A stretch of DNA of 57,378 nucleotides. Source: Elusimicrobiota bacterium (GTDB lineage Bacteria > Elusimicrobiota > Elusimicrobia > UBA1565 > UBA9628). The first letter of the stretch is position 1. Each line of letters begins with the position of its first letter. The notes below the pieces were generated by a model that was not told where the DNA came from, made no database searches, and worked only from the letters and a program-made list of their open reading frames with translations. The translations under genes and the position numbers were made by a program. The stretch lies in the NCBI GenBank assembly GCA_027319565.1, contig DAHVNA010000006.1:1-57378 (forward strand). Direction: 5' to 3'. Below, piece by piece: positions 1-10,120 of this stretch.

Positions 1-241
1 GCAGAAGTCTCCCATCTTTGTCAAAGCCGGCGGCAAGGCCAATGGGATTTTCAAAATTGAGGCCCAAAACATGAGAGCCGAGAATGGATGAATTTCGCTT
101 TCGCCATAAAAATGAGGACAACTCTTGGAAAAATGGAAGATAGGAGGAAAACTCCGCCATAGAAGAAACCCAATCATGAGCGGTCTCCGGGTCCAATCGG
201 GACAAAAAGGGATAAATCAATCGCTCGTAATAATTAGGCAT
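1..241 (-). CDS. pyrD: Quinone-dependent dihydroorotate dehydrogenase, 5' part (runs off the window edge)
   Basis: Manual minus-strand translation from ATG at 241 gives MPNYYERLIYPFLSRLDPETAHDW...LGLNFENPIGLAAGFDKDG, with the class 2 DHODH motifs DPExAH and NPxGLAAGFDK. The start overlaps the pyrC stop. Confidence 0.9.
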   Translation of the reverse strand, partial: MPNYYERLIYPFLSRLDPETAHDWVSSMAEFSSYLPFFQELSSFLWRKRNSSILGSHVLGLNFENPIGLAAGFDKDGRLL

Positions 242-1601
242 CGCCTTTAGCGCGAAAAACAAATTCTCCGGCGACAATCGTTGAATGAACGCGGCCTTTT
301 AGTTCCATCCCGACAAAGGGGCAATTGGCGCTTTTAGAGGCAAACGGAGGCTCAACCGTCCATTTCTGCTTAGGATCGACAAGGGTCATATCCCCATCGG
401 AACCAACCCTTAAGCTCCCTTTATTTTTTAGGCCTAAAATCCGGGACGGAGTTAAACTCATCCGCTCGACTAATTGACTAGGGGTCAGTATTTTCCGATG
501 AACCAACTGAGTCAGAGACAACCCGAGGGAAGTTTCAAGCCCGATAACCCCAAAAGGCGCCTTAAAAATTCCCTTCGCTTTTTTCGACTTGTGATGCGGG
601 GCGTGATCAGTGGCAATCGCGTCTAAGGTCCCATCCTTGAGGCCCTCTTGAAGCGCCGCGACATCCGCCCGGGATCTCAAGGGCGGATTCATTTTGAAAT
701 TAGGATCGCGATCAGGAATATCCAAATCCGACAGAGAGAAATGATGAGGGGAAGCCTCTGCCGTCACAAAAACTCCGCGCTTTTTGGCTTGTCGAATCAT
801 CTCGACGCTGGCTTTGGCGCTCACATGGGCAATATGGACATGGGCGCCGGTTAATTCCGCCAAAATCAAATCTCTTGAGACCATGCTAGTCTCAGACGCC
901 CAGGGAGCCCCTAAAATTCCCTTTTTTTTCGCAGGTTCGCCTTCATTGAGAGGACGAGCAAGACTGAGATTTAAGTCCTCGCAATGAGAAATAATAAAAG
1001 AGCCTATTTCACGGGATTTTTCCAAGGCCCGGCGCATAACCCCCGAATCCATCACCGGACGGCCGTCATCGGTAAAAGCCAGGACCCCGAGCTCTTTGAG
1101 CCTTCGAAAATCGCTCAGAACCCGCCCCTCTAATTGCTTTGTGATCGCGGCGGAAAAAAAGATATTCGGCCCTTTTATTTTTTGGGCTTTCTCTTGAAGC
1201 CAGCTTAAAATTTTAATGCAATCAAGAGGGGGATGAGTGTTGGGCATCGCGAGAACCGTCGTCACCCCGCCCTTTAAGGCCGACAAGGCCCCGGTCTCAA
1301 GCGTCTCGTCCTCTTCTCCGCCCGGCTCGCGAAAATGAACATGCATATCGATAAGCCCCGGCAGAACCCATAAGCCTTCGGCGTTGAAAATCTCGGTATC
1401 GCGGATTCCAGTATAGTGATTCCAGCGTTTCTTTATATTTGATTTGCCGTCATTCCGACTCAGAGCGCTAGCGTAAAATCTTCCGGGTTTAAGGATGGAT
1501 TTAACCCGCCCGTTTTCAAGCAAGATATCGCGTTTTTCATCCAAACGCTGGGAAGGATCGATTAAATGCCCCTGGGTAATAAGAAGCCGCTTTGAACTCA
1601 T
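234..1601 (-). CDS. pyrC: Dihydroorotase (type I)
   Basis: PGLIDMHVHFREPG, MPNT, KMNPPLR and IATDHAPH motifs; adjacent to pyrD. Confidence 0.93.
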   Translation of the reverse strand: MSSKRLLITQGHLIDPSQRLDEKRDILLENGRVKSILKPGRFYASALSRNDGKSNIKKRWNHYTGIRDTEIFNAEGLWVLPGLIDMHVHFREPGGEEDETLETGALSALKGGVTTVLAMPNTHPPLDCIKILSWLQEKAQKIKGPNIFFSAAITKQLEGRVLSDFRRLKELGVLAFTDDGRPVMDSGVMRRALEKSREIGSFIISHCEDLNLSLARPLNEGEPAKKKGILGAPWASETSMVSRDLILAELTGAHVHIAHVSAKASVEMIRQAKKRGVFVTAEASPHHFSLSDLDIPDRDPNFKMNPPLRSRADVAALQEGLKDGTLDAIATDHAPHHKSKKAKGIFKAPFGVIGLETSLGLSLTQLVHRKILTPSQLVERMSLTPSRILGLKNKGSLRVGSDGDMTLVDPKQKWTVEPPFASKSANCPFVGMELKGRVHSTIVAGEFVFRAKGDA

Positions 1602-1644
1602 GAACTCGATTCAATCAATTGTTCAGGGCTCTCTTCAAGACGTG

Positions 1645-3903
1645 TCAAGGCCGCCGGGCCAGCGCCTCGCCGGAAGAGCGAATTTTAGAGAGGTCTTCGA
1701 TTAATTTCCCCGCCCAGGCATAGACGTTTTGCTCTCTGAGAACCTGGCGCATCATCTGCATTCTCTTTCTTTGCTCTTCTTCCGGCATCTCCAAGGCATA
1801 GCGGATGGAATCGGCGAGCTGCTCCGCGTCATATGGATTAACCAATAAGGCATCGCGCAATTCCCGGGCCGCGCCGGTAAAGCGACTCAAAATCAGCGCG
1901 CCCTTCTCATCCTCGCGGGAAGCGACAAATTCTTTCGCAACCAAATTCATTCCGTCATGAAGAGAAGTCACCATGCAAAGGTCCGCGGCCTTGTAAAAAG
2001 GCGCGATCTCCTCATGGCTGTGGTGCTTTTCGATAAACACGATGGGCTTCCATGCTTTATCTTCCTTATTTTTAAATTTCCAATTAATTCTTTCCGCTTC
2101 CGCCTCCAGTTCCATCGCCAAATCGTGATAGCGCTTAATATGAGTCCGACTTGGAGCTCCGATTTCCACAAGAGAAAATTTTCCGACGTATTGCGGATAT
2201 TTTTCTAAAAACTTCTCGACTCCGCGAAAGCGCTCGGCGATTCCCTTCGTGTAATCGATGCGGTCAACTCCAATGGCAAAAAAATCCCCCGAAAGGCCCA
2301 ATTCTTTAAATAAAACCTCTTTGGAGGGATATTCCGGCGGGTGGGGATTGTGCGGCAGCGGAAAGGCGATGCTAATCGGATAGGGTTTAACCTGGGTCAA
2401 ATGCCCGTCTCTCTGTACCGCAAAGCGCTCCCAATCAATGCGAGACTCAAGGCTGGCATCGACAGTCTCTAAAAAATTATTGCAGTGAAATTGGGTATGA
2501 AAACCGATGAGATCAGCCCCCAGCATCCCGTGAAGAATATCTCTCTGCCAGGGGCATATCCCAAAAGCCTCGGGATTCGGCCAGGGGATATGCCAAAAAA
2601 TGGCGATGCGGGCGTCCGGGCGAGCCTCTTTAATCATTCTCGGCAAAAGGGCGAAATGATAATCCTGGATTAAAACGACCGGCTCTGAAGAAGACTCCAT
2701 TTCCGCAATCAGGGATTCGGAAAATCTCTGGTTGACTTCTCGATATTGCTTCCAATCCTCCGCGCGGAAAATAGGCCGGGTGTGGGCGATATGGCAAAGC
2801 GGCCAAAGCCCTTCGTTGGAAAATCCATAATAATAACCTTCTTCTTCCTCCTTACTAAGCCAAAGCCTTTTAAGAGTATATTGAGGAGATTCCGGCGGCA
2901 CGGATATTTTTCCCTGCTCGTCAGCGGTCTCTTTATCCGCGTCTCCGGAAGCTTGGGCTAACCACAGTCCACCGCAGGCAAGCAAAATAGGCTCAATCCC
3001 CGTGACCAGTCCGCTCGCCGGGGTGATGACCTCGATTTTTCGTCCGCGCCTGACATGCATATACGGCTCCCGGTTGGCGACGACAAAAAGCGGCTTTGAA
3101 CCCAGTTTATTTTTAACATGCTCGCGCAAAAGTTCGGGAGTCCAAATGGATTCCGCGTTTTGCCTTAGTTTCGCCTCCGTCTCCGCTGCCTTTCGCGCGG
3201 AAATTAAACTGCGGGCCAAACTCTCCGCCTCAGAGGCCAATGGCTTAAATAAGCTGGTCGGTATCTGGGGGGGTTCTGAAGAATCCTCGGTTCTCAGTCG
3301 CCTCATCCATTCCGCCATCTGCGTAATGGGGGCCTTCAAATTCCAACGAATAATCCACAAACTAATTAAAGAAATCAAGAATGCGTTAAACAAAAGCCTA
3401 AAAAACGTGTGCCGCCACATATCCAATAATTTATCCTTGATAAAGGAAGCGTCATGAACCAAGATTAAGCTCCCCAAGACCGAGCCGTGAAAGGAAATAG
3501 GCGCGGCATAAACATGGAGCAATTTTCCCGAGAAAGGAAACACCAAGGTCCTGGGACTAATCAGAGAAAAAACCCCCACTTGTTCCAAAAGAAACTTAAG
3601 CGAACCTTTAAGACGGGGAGTATAGGCCAAGGGAACGCCCGCCTCATTGAGGACCACGATTCCGATTAAACGCTCCCGATTGCCGAATTTACGCACGACC
3701 TGCCCCAGACGCCTTTTATCGTTTTTTTGAAGCATCGGCGCTGAAATTTCCTGGAGGGTTTCAGATAATATTTCGGCTTGGCTATTGAGATCTCTAAAAA
3801 GATGGCTTTTTTCTTGCTGGGTTTGAAGGTAGGTCGATCCGGCAGTGACCAAAGCTGCCGCTAAGACTAAGGCCGAAACCAACTTAAAAGTAATCCGAAT
3901 CAC
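1645..3903 (-). CDS. otsA: Trehalose-6-phosphate synthase (GT20) fused to an N-terminal TM-sensor-TM-HAMP-like region
   Basis: C-terminal GT20 motifs [42 protein letters not shown] and [10 protein letters not shown]; two hydrophobic helices in the N-terminal ~200 aa. Confidence 0.88.
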   Translation of the reverse strand: MIRITFKLVSALVLAAALVTAGSTYLQTQQEKSHLFRDLNSQAEILSETLQEISAPMLQKNDKRRLGQVVRKFGNRERLIGIVVLNEAGVPLAYTPRLKGSLKFLLEQVGVFSLISPRTLVFPFSGKLLHVYAAPISFHGSVLGSLILVHDASFIKDKLLDMWRHTFFRLLFNAFLISLISLWIIRWNLKAPITQMAEWMRRLRTEDSSEPPQIPTSLFKPLASEAESLARSLISARKAAETEAKLRQNAESIWTPELLREHVKNKLGSKPLFVVANREPYMHVRRGRKIEVITPASGLVTGIEPILLACGGLWLAQASGDADKETADEQGKISVPPESPQYTLKRLWLSKEEEEGYYYGFSNEGLWPLCHIAHTRPIFRAEDWKQYREVNQRFSESLIAEMESSSEPVVLIQDYHFALLPRMIKEARPDARIAIFWHIPWPNPEAFGICPWQRDILHGMLGADLIGFHTQFHCNNFLETVDASLESRIDWERFAVQRDGHLTQVKPYPISIAFPLPHNPHPPEYPSKEVLFKELGLSGDFFAIGVDRIDYTKGIAERFRGVEKFLEKYPQYVGKFSLVEIGAPSRTHIKRYHDLAMELEAEAERINWKFKNKEDKAWKPIVFIEKHHSHEEIAPFYKAADLCMVTSLHDGMNLVAKEFVASREDEKGALILSRFTGAARELRDALLVNPYDAEQLADSIRYALEMPEEEQRKRMQMMRQVLREQNVYAWAGKLIEDLSKIRSSGEALARRP

Positions 3904-3936
3904 AAAACTCTCTTAAAACTTTAGAAAAAAATAGAA

Positions 3937-5109
3937 CTACAAATGACGGCGATAATGATGTCGCCGGCGGCGCGCGGAACGGCGAACCCAGGCATAATAG
4001 CGCCGGTGATAGCGCCGCCTTGAAGGGACAATGCCGCCGTAATAGCGATAGGTTAGACGTCCGATATTAATGATGAATTGCTTTGCCGGACGATAGGCGC
4101 GGTTTTTGCCCGTCAAAACCGCCAAGATAAAATCTCCCTTCGGGGTCAGGATAATGGCGGAATCGTGACAGGCGCGTCTCTCTAAACCTGTTTTATGGGC
4201 GATTTCCCAACCCGCCGGAAGGGCCTTGGCTAAACGGGAGCGAACCGGCTTTCTTAAAAGCAAATAATCCATCATCAGACGGCTAGAGGTCGTATCAATC
4301 ATCTGCCCTTGATAGATTTTGCGCAACAGCATCGCCATTTCGGAAACCGTGGTGTAATTTTCCCGAGCGACATGACCGCTTCTTAAACTCATCCCTTGCC
4401 GATGAATCTGGGTCTCAACCAGGCCCACGCGGGGAAGCTGGCTTTGAATATAAGGAATTCCGCCCACGGCCTCGATAAGCATATTGGCGGCGGTATTGTC
4501 GGATTCCCGAATCATATGATCCAAAAGTTGTGAAATGGTCAGCCGAGTTCCATCGGGCTGCCATTTAAGCGTTCCCGAGCCCCCGACCCGATTATGGCGA
4601 TGTAACACCATGGTCTGGCTCAGGGATAAATCTCCCTGGTGGATTCTACTGAAAACGGCGATCATGATGGGAATTTTAATGAGGCTGGCCGCCCGGAAAG
4701 GCTCATTAGGGTGATAGGTCCAGGTCTGGCCCGTCTTCAAATCTTGCAGATACACCGCGACGTTTCCCCGATAACTCGAAACCATTTTTTTCAAGTGAGC
4801 CGTTAGCTGAGTCCAAGCCTCAGGCGTAATCGCGGGCAATGAGCTTCCCAGGGGATGAAGGCTTGGGGCCGCAGCCAAAGAGGAAGAAGGATCGGGGGAA
4901 ACGGCATCCCGAAGCGGAAAATCATTGGGGGAATACGACGCGCTTGCGTCTTCCCAAGAAAGGTCCTTTCCTAAGAAATAACCCGCCCCGGAAAGAAGGC
5001 ACGCGAACAAGATAAGCGTTCGGCGAAGATTCCAGCGTCCAAAGCCCAAAGAATTCATTCCAACCTTAAAGGTAGCAGACAAACCGCTTTTGCGCAAGGG
5101 CTGTTTCAT
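3937..5109 (-). CDS. Class A beta-lactamase-like serine hydrolase
   Basis: AASLIK (SxxK), SDN and HKTG motifs; N-terminal TM segment; Arg/His-rich tail. Confidence 0.85.
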   Translation of the reverse strand: MKQPLRKSGLSATFKVGMNSLGFGRWNLRRTLILFACLLSGAGYFLGKDLSWEDASASYSPNDFPLRDAVSPDPSSSLAAAPSLHPLGSSLPAITPEAWTQLTAHLKKMVSSYRGNVAVYLQDLKTGQTWTYHPNEPFRAASLIKIPIMIAVFSRIHQGDLSLSQTMVLHRHNRVGGSGTLKWQPDGTRLTISQLLDHMIRESDNTAANMLIEAVGGIPYIQSQLPRVGLVETQIHRQGMSLRSGHVARENYTTVSEMAMLLRKIYQGQMIDTTSSRLMMDYLLLRKPVRSRLAKALPAGWEIAHKTGLERRACHDSAIILTPKGDFILAVLTGKNRAYRPAKQFIINIGRLTYRYYGGIVPSRRRYHRRYYAWVRRSARRRRHHYRRHL

Positions 5110-7590
5110 CTAAACCTGAGCGGAGCGTTGATCGGAAAACGCCAGCTTCTCTCCCGATGGATCGACCTCGACGTAAATAGTCGAGCCAGCCTTGAACTTC
5201 TTGCGAAGGATATCTTCGGCCAGAACGTCTTCCACCATGCGCTGAATCGTTCGATGAAGAGGCCGCGCGCCGGAGTTGGCGTCGAAACCGTTTTTAACGA
5301 GAAATTTCTCGCTCTCCGGCGTAAACTCAATTTTAAACCCTTGGGTTTCCACCTTGGAGCGGACCTGTTCCAGCATCAACTTGACGATTTGGGTCATCTC
5401 GTCTTCTCCCAAAGGATGGAACACGATGATCTCGTTAATGCGGTTGATGAACTCGGGATTAAAGGTTTGCTTGACCTCATCCATCACGGTGTCGCGCATC
5501 TTCTGATAGTCCTTGGTTTCGGTATCGTTGGACGCGACAAAGCCGAGAGATTTCCCGCGGGTAATGAGGCGCGCGCCGACATTAGAGGTCATGATTAAAA
5601 CCGTATTCTTAAAACTGACCTTGTGCCCCAAATTATCGCTGAGAATTCCATCGTCCATGACCTGAAGCAAAATATTGAAAATATCGGAATGGGCTTTCTC
5701 GATTTCATCGAGCAGAACCACCGAATAGGGTTTTCGGCGAACCGCCTCGGTCAACTGCCCGCCCTCTTCGTAACCGACGTATCCCGGAGGCGCCCCAATT
5801 AAGCGCGAAACGGCGAATTTTTCCATATATTCCGACATATCGATACGAATCATCGCCTCTTCGTTTCCGAACATAAATTCCGCCAAGGTCCGGGCCAGTT
5901 CCGTTTTCCCGACGCCGGTCGGGCCCAAGAATAAAAATGACCCAATCGGCCTCTTGGCGTCCTTAAGACCGGCCCGCGCGCGGCGAATGGCCTGGGAAAT
6001 AACCCGAATCGCCTCTTCTTGGCCGATCACGCGCTTGTGCAAGGCCTCTTCCATATGGACCAGTTTTTCGGTCTCGGACTCCGTCAGATTCGTCACGGGA
6101 ACGCCGGTCCAGCGGGAAACGACCTTGGCAATGTCTTCCGCGCTGATAGTCGGGACCACCTCTTCTCGTTTTTCCCGCCATTTTTTCTTCGAGTCTTCTA
6201 GAGCCTTACGCAACTCTTTTTCTTTATCCCTGAGCCTGGCGGCTTTTTCATATTCCTGATTAGAAATAGCGCTTGATTTATCCTTGACGACCGCATCGAT
6301 TTCGGTGTCACGCTCTTTAAACTCCGGGGGCATCTGCGTTGTCTGCAACCGCGCGCGAGACCCCGCCTCATCAATAAGGTCAATGGCTTTATCCGGCAAG
6401 AAACGTTCAGAAATATAGCGATCGGCGAGTTCCGCGGCCGCTCGAAGAGCCTCATCTGAGTATTTGATTTTATGATGGGACTCGTATTTATCTTTAAGCC
6501 CTTGAAGAATTAAAATCGTATCCTCAACCGAGGGCGGGTCCACCACCACGGGCTGAAAACGCCTTTCCAAAGCCGCGTCATGTTCGATGTATTTGCGATA
6601 TTCATCCAGGGTGGTCGCGCCAATACATTGAAGCTCGCCGCGAGACAAGGCGGGCTTAATCATGTTAGAGGCGTCTATGGCCCCTTCGGCGGCGCCGGCT
6701 CCAATGACCGTATGAAGTTCGTCAATAAAGAGAACGACCGAATTTTTGGAGCGGCGAATTTCTTCGATGATATTTTTAAGCCTTTGCTCGAACTCGCCGC
6801 GGTATTTAGTTCCGGCAACGACCAAGGCCAAATCCAGCGTCAAGACGCGCTTGCCGGCCAAAATTTCAGGGATATCGCCGGAGGCGATTTTCTGAGCCAA
6901 GCCCTCGACAATCGCGGTTTTTCCCACTCCGGGATCTCCAATCAAGACCGGATTATTTTTCGTTCGGCGAGCCAGGATCTGAATCATGCGCTCAATCTCA
7001 TCGGCGCGCCCAATCACCGGATCGAGTTTCCCTTCCCGAGCCATGACCGTCAAATCGCGGCCAAATTCATCTAAGGTCGGGGTTTTTGATTTTGCCTTAG
7101 GCCCGCCCGGAGATGGCGCAGACGACGCTCCACTACCTGACTGAGGACTTTGACCCTCTCCCAATAAATTCAAAACTTCCTCGCGGACCACTTCCAGCCG
7201 CAGGCCTAGATTTTCCAACACGCGCGCGGCCACGCCTTCTTCTTCGCGAATGAGCCCTAATAATAAATGCTCGGTGCCCACATAGGAATGTCCCATATGC
7301 TGGGCTTCCTCGACGGCATACTCCAAAACTTTTTTGGCCCTGGGAGTAAAAGGGATTTCGCCCAAGAGCATGACATTGTCGCCGGTGCCGACGATTTTTT
7401 CGATCTCGCTGCGAACCCGCCTGAGGTCCACTCCTAGATTCGCGAGTACCTGCGCCGCCACGCCTTCGCCCAAGGCGATGAGACCCAGCAAAATATGTTC
7501 GGTGCCGACATAATCATGATTGAGGCGTTTGGCTTCTTCCTGGGCGATGAGAATAACCCTTTGCGCTCTCTCAGTGAAACGATTAGACAT
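5110..7590 (-). CDS. clpC: ATP-dependent Clp protease ATP-binding subunit ClpC
   Basis: Clp-N repeats, two Walker A motifs (GDPGVGKT, GPTGVGKT), UVR coil and GAPPGYVGY. Confidence 0.96.
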   Translation of the reverse strand: MSNRFTERAQRVILIAQEEAKRLNHDYVGTEHILLGLIALGEGVAAQVLANLGVDLRRVRSEIEKIVGTGDNVMLLGEIPFTPRAKKVLEYAVEEAQHMGHSYVGTEHLLLGLIREEEGVAARVLENLGLRLEVVREEVLNLLGEGQSPQSGSGASSAPSPGGPKAKSKTPTLDEFGRDLTVMAREGKLDPVIGRADEIERMIQILARRTKNNPVLIGDPGVGKTAIVEGLAQKIASGDIPEILAGKRVLTLDLALVVAGTKYRGEFEQRLKNIIEEIRRSKNSVVLFIDELHTVIGAGAAEGAIDASNMIKPALSRGELQCIGATTLDEYRKYIEHDAALERRFQPVVVDPPSVEDTILILQGLKDKYESHHKIKYSDEALRAAAELADRYISERFLPDKAIDLIDEAGSRARLQTTQMPPEFKERDTEIDAVVKDKSSAISNQEYEKAARLRDKEKELRKALEDSKKKWREKREEVVPTISAEDIAKVVSRWTGVPVTNLTESETEKLVHMEEALHKRVIGQEEAIRVISQAIRRARAGLKDAKRPIGSFLFLGPTGVGKTELARTLAEFMFGNEEAMIRIDMSEYMEKFAVSRLIGAPPGYVGYEEGGQLTEAVRRKPYSVVLLDEIEKAHSDIFNILLQVMDDGILSDNLGHKVSFKNTVLIMTSNVGARLITRGKSLGFVASNDTETKDYQKMRDTVMDEVKQTFNPEFINRINEIIVFHPLGEDEMTQIVKLMLEQVRSKVETQGFKIEFTPESEKFLVKNGFDANSGARPLHRTIQRMVEDVLAEDILRKKFKAGSTIYVEVDPSGEKLAFSDQRSAQV

Positions 7591-7668
7591 AATAAGCTCC
7601 GTTTTTCAGTCAATGACCAGCCGCCGAACCTCTAGGTTATATTATAAGGAATGTCTATTGCAAATCTG

Positions 7669-9237
7669 TTAAACTTTTGGGGCCAGCGCGACAATCTGCG
7701 CCCACAACTCCCCTACTCCATGATAGCGCTTTTCGGGATCGGGATTAAGAGCTTTATCGAAGATTTCATCTAACGCCGTAGTGGGAAGCCCCGGAATTCC
7801 TAGCGAAGATATTTTAAGGCGCTTTCCCTGAACCTTATGAACTAGAAAAGCGTTCCCTTCTCCTTCAAACGGCAATTTTCCAGTTAACATTTCAAAAAAA
7901 CAAACTCCCAAGGAAAAAATATCGGACTCCCGGCGAATCTGATCCCCGTCCGCTTCAGGGGCCATATACACGGGAGTTCCGGCCAATACGCTTGACTGGG
8001 TTTTGACCAAGGTACTTTTGGCTTGACCGGCGACGCCAAAATCCATCACCTTAACGGTGTTTCCCTCTCCGACCATGATATTAGAAGGTTTGATATCCCG
8101 GTGGACAACGCCTTGGCGGTGCGCGTAATCGACGGCGCGGCACACCGAGTGAAAAATTCGGCCGGCGGCGGGAAAATCAAGCCGTCCCGACTCTTTGAGA
8201 ATTTGCTGAAGGGTTTTTCCCTTGACGAACTCAAACACCAAATAAAGGTCCATCCCCTCTTCGACGATAGAATAAATTTCGACGATATTTTCATGGCGAA
8301 GCCGCGCGACCAACCGCGCCTCGGAAATAAAGCGTTTTCTCTCCTCCGGATCGCCCTTAATTTGATCCCGCAATTTTTTAACCGCGACCTTTCTTTCTAA
8401 AAACCGGTCCCGCGCCTCGTAGACCACCCCCATTCCGCCTTCGCCTACCCGGCCGATTTTTTCATAGCGCGACCAAAAATCTCCCGCGCGAATGAGTTTT
8501 GAAGGCGATTTTTTCAATACCTCCGAGCGGTAAAAAATAATATGCAAAATCCCCAAAGCGACGAGAATGCCTCCAATCATTGATAGAGCGAAAAGGCTAA
8601 AAAAGGTTTTTTTCTTCCACCATCCAGGCAACCTATTTCCAGAGCCCTTGGCGCCGGGATCGGCAAACAAAGGCAAAAGCCCGGAAGGACCGGCCTTTAA
8701 AGCGTCGGCATAGATATTTTTAAATCGCGAATCCAGGGAAGCCGCCTGGGACAAGGCGCTCATCGAACCATTGGAATCTCCCAAACCCGCCAAAGCGAAA
8801 GCGCGGTTTTCATAGCCAAAAGCGTCGGAGGGATCTTTAGAAAGCACAAAGCCGGAATCCGAAAGCGCCTCCCGGTATTTTTTCAATTTATTGAAAGCCC
8901 AAGCGCGGGTGTCCAAAGCGACCGGGTTTCCCGGAGCTAAACCCAAGGCAAAGCTGGAATCATAAATAGCGTCCGCATAATGCTGGGTGCGAATCTCCGC
9001 GATCGCGCGATCATTCCAAGCCTCGGCCGAAGCGGGATTTAAGCGAATGGCCCGGCTTAAAATCTCAATGGCCTGCTGATTGTGATCTTGGGACATCAAG
9101 TCTTTGGACTGCCGGATTAATTCAAATGAGCGCTGAAGCTCATCGGGCGTCGGAGGGTTGGACGGTGGATTAGCATTAGGAGCGGCGTGAGCCCCCACCG
9201 CCCAGATCCACGTTAAAAGCGAAAATAATAATCCCAT
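7669..9237 (-). CDS. Receptor-like Hanks Ser/Thr kinase: signal peptide, TPR repeats, TM, C-terminal kinase
   Basis: GEGGMGVVY, VAVK, HRDIKPSN, DFG and GTPVYMAPE motifs; TPR helices; central hydrophobic segment. Confidence 0.9.
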   Translation of the reverse strand: MGLLFSLLTWIWAVGAHAAPNANPPSNPPTPDELQRSFELIRQSKDLMSQDHNQQAIEILSRAIRLNPASAEAWNDRAIAEIRTQHYADAIYDSSFALGLAPGNPVALDTRAWAFNKLKKYREALSDSGFVLSKDPSDAFGYENRAFALAGLGDSNGSMSALSQAASLDSRFKNIYADALKAGPSGLLPLFADPGAKGSGNRLPGWWKKKTFFSLFALSMIGGILVALGILHIIFYRSEVLKKSPSKLIRAGDFWSRYEKIGRVGEGGMGVVYEARDRFLERKVAVKKLRDQIKGDPEERKRFISEARLVARLRHENIVEIYSIVEEGMDLYLVFEFVKGKTLQQILKESGRLDFPAAGRIFHSVCRAVDYAHRQGVVHRDIKPSNIMVGEGNTVKVMDFGVAGQAKSTLVKTQSSVLAGTPVYMAPEADGDQIRRESDIFSLGVCFFEMLTGKLPFEGEGNAFLVHKVQGKRLKISSLGIPGLPTTALDEIFDKALNPDPEKRYHGVGELWAQIVALAPKV

Positions 9238-9240
9238 GAT

Positions 9241-10071
9241 TTAATGGGCAGCCGGAACGCGAGGCCCGCCCGGGCCATCGGTCAAAGGAATAAAGGTGTT
9301 GACCAAAACGTCAAAGGCGGGACGATAGGCGTGATAGCCCGCATGGGTCGCGGGATAAATCAAAACGTAAAACCCGGATTCCATCGGAACGACGACATAG
9401 GCGTGTTCCCTGAGATTCACTAATTGTCCGGTTTGAGTATCCTTAGAGGCGCCCCAAGGAGTGTTTGGCGGCACGGGAACGGGAGACAAGACCCTAAAAT
9501 ATTTTGCCTTCCGGTTTCCGCTAAGCAAAATCTCCTGATCGGAGTCGAGCATGATTCTCTGGGGGCCGTAAACATCATTTAACATCTGATGGATATAATC
9601 CTCGGCATCCGCGTAAATTTCAATAGAGCCGTCTCTCAATAAATGCGGCGCGTAATCAGAATACCAGCGAACGCTGAAGCTGGGAATTCCCAAATAGAAG
9701 CGCCCATCGAAAGGGCCGAGAAAATCGGTGTTTGCGTAGTGATGTCCCTCCTGATCAGTAATGACATTCCATCCCCAGGGGACCATGCACTTAAAATCTT
9801 TATGGATGCCGGTATAAGAAACGTATTTGGGAGGCCCGCAGGAAATGGCGACGGAAAGCAACAGAAAGCAAAAGATGGAACGGAAAGAAACAGAAAGTAA
9901 CGGAAAGTCACGGAAAGCAAAAGATGGAACGGAAAGAAACGGAAAGGAGCGGAATGTAGAAAAAAGAACAGAGATGAATGGGAAACGAGCACTTCTATTC
10001 TTCACTTTCCGTTGCCTTCCGTTACTTTCCGTTACTTTCTGTTTCTTTCCGTTACTTTCCGTTTCAGTCAC
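9241..10071 (-). CDS. Hypothetical lipoprotein; N-terminus is encoded by a decamer repeat array
   Basis: Lipobox-like LLLSVAISC precedes a globular-looking domain. A TATATT -10 box lies 6 nt before GTG 10071. The true start is uncertain. Confidence 0.6.
   Translation of the reverse strand: MTETESNGKKQKVTESNGRQRKVKNRSARFPFISVLFSTFRSFPFLSVPSFAFRDFPLLSVSFRSIFCFLLLSVAISCGPPKYVSYTGIHKDFKCMVPWGWNVITDQEGHHYANTDFLGPFDGRFYLGIPSFSVRWYSDYAPHLLRDGSIEIYADAEDYIHQMLNDVYGPQRIMLDSDQEILLSGNRKAKYFRVLSPVPVPPNTPWGASKDTQTGQLVNLREHAYVVVPMESGFYVLIYPATHAGYHAYRPAFDVLVNTFIPLTDGPGGPRVPAAH
9851..10065. repeat. Two inverted arrays of a ~10-bp unit (AACGGAAAGN / NCTTTCCGTT)
   Basis: ACGGAAAG/ACAGAAAG units recur across about 9851-9950, and their complements CTTTCCGTT/CTTTCTGTT recur across about 10005-10065. 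Confidence 0.85.
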
Positions 10072-10120
10072 AGAAGAAATATAGCAGGAAGAGATGATTT
10101 TGTCGAGACCTAGAAGTTTT

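Noticed and set aside
3937..5109. True antibiotic-resistance beta-lactamase
   Set aside because: It has SxxK/SDN/KTG, but is membrane-anchored, sits in a housekeeping operon and has no evident class A omega-loop ExxLN; more likely a cell-wall-related serine hydrolase.
5106..7074. Numerous short overlapping ORFs within clpC (likewise within otsA, sdhA, unbV and the ABC gene)
   Set aside because: They are antisense or alternative-frame shadows of well-supported genes and carry no motifs.
9851..10065. Possible CRISPR array or DGR repeat
   Set aside because: Units are about 10 bp with no unique spacers. No reverse transcriptase or template/variable repeat pair is visible.
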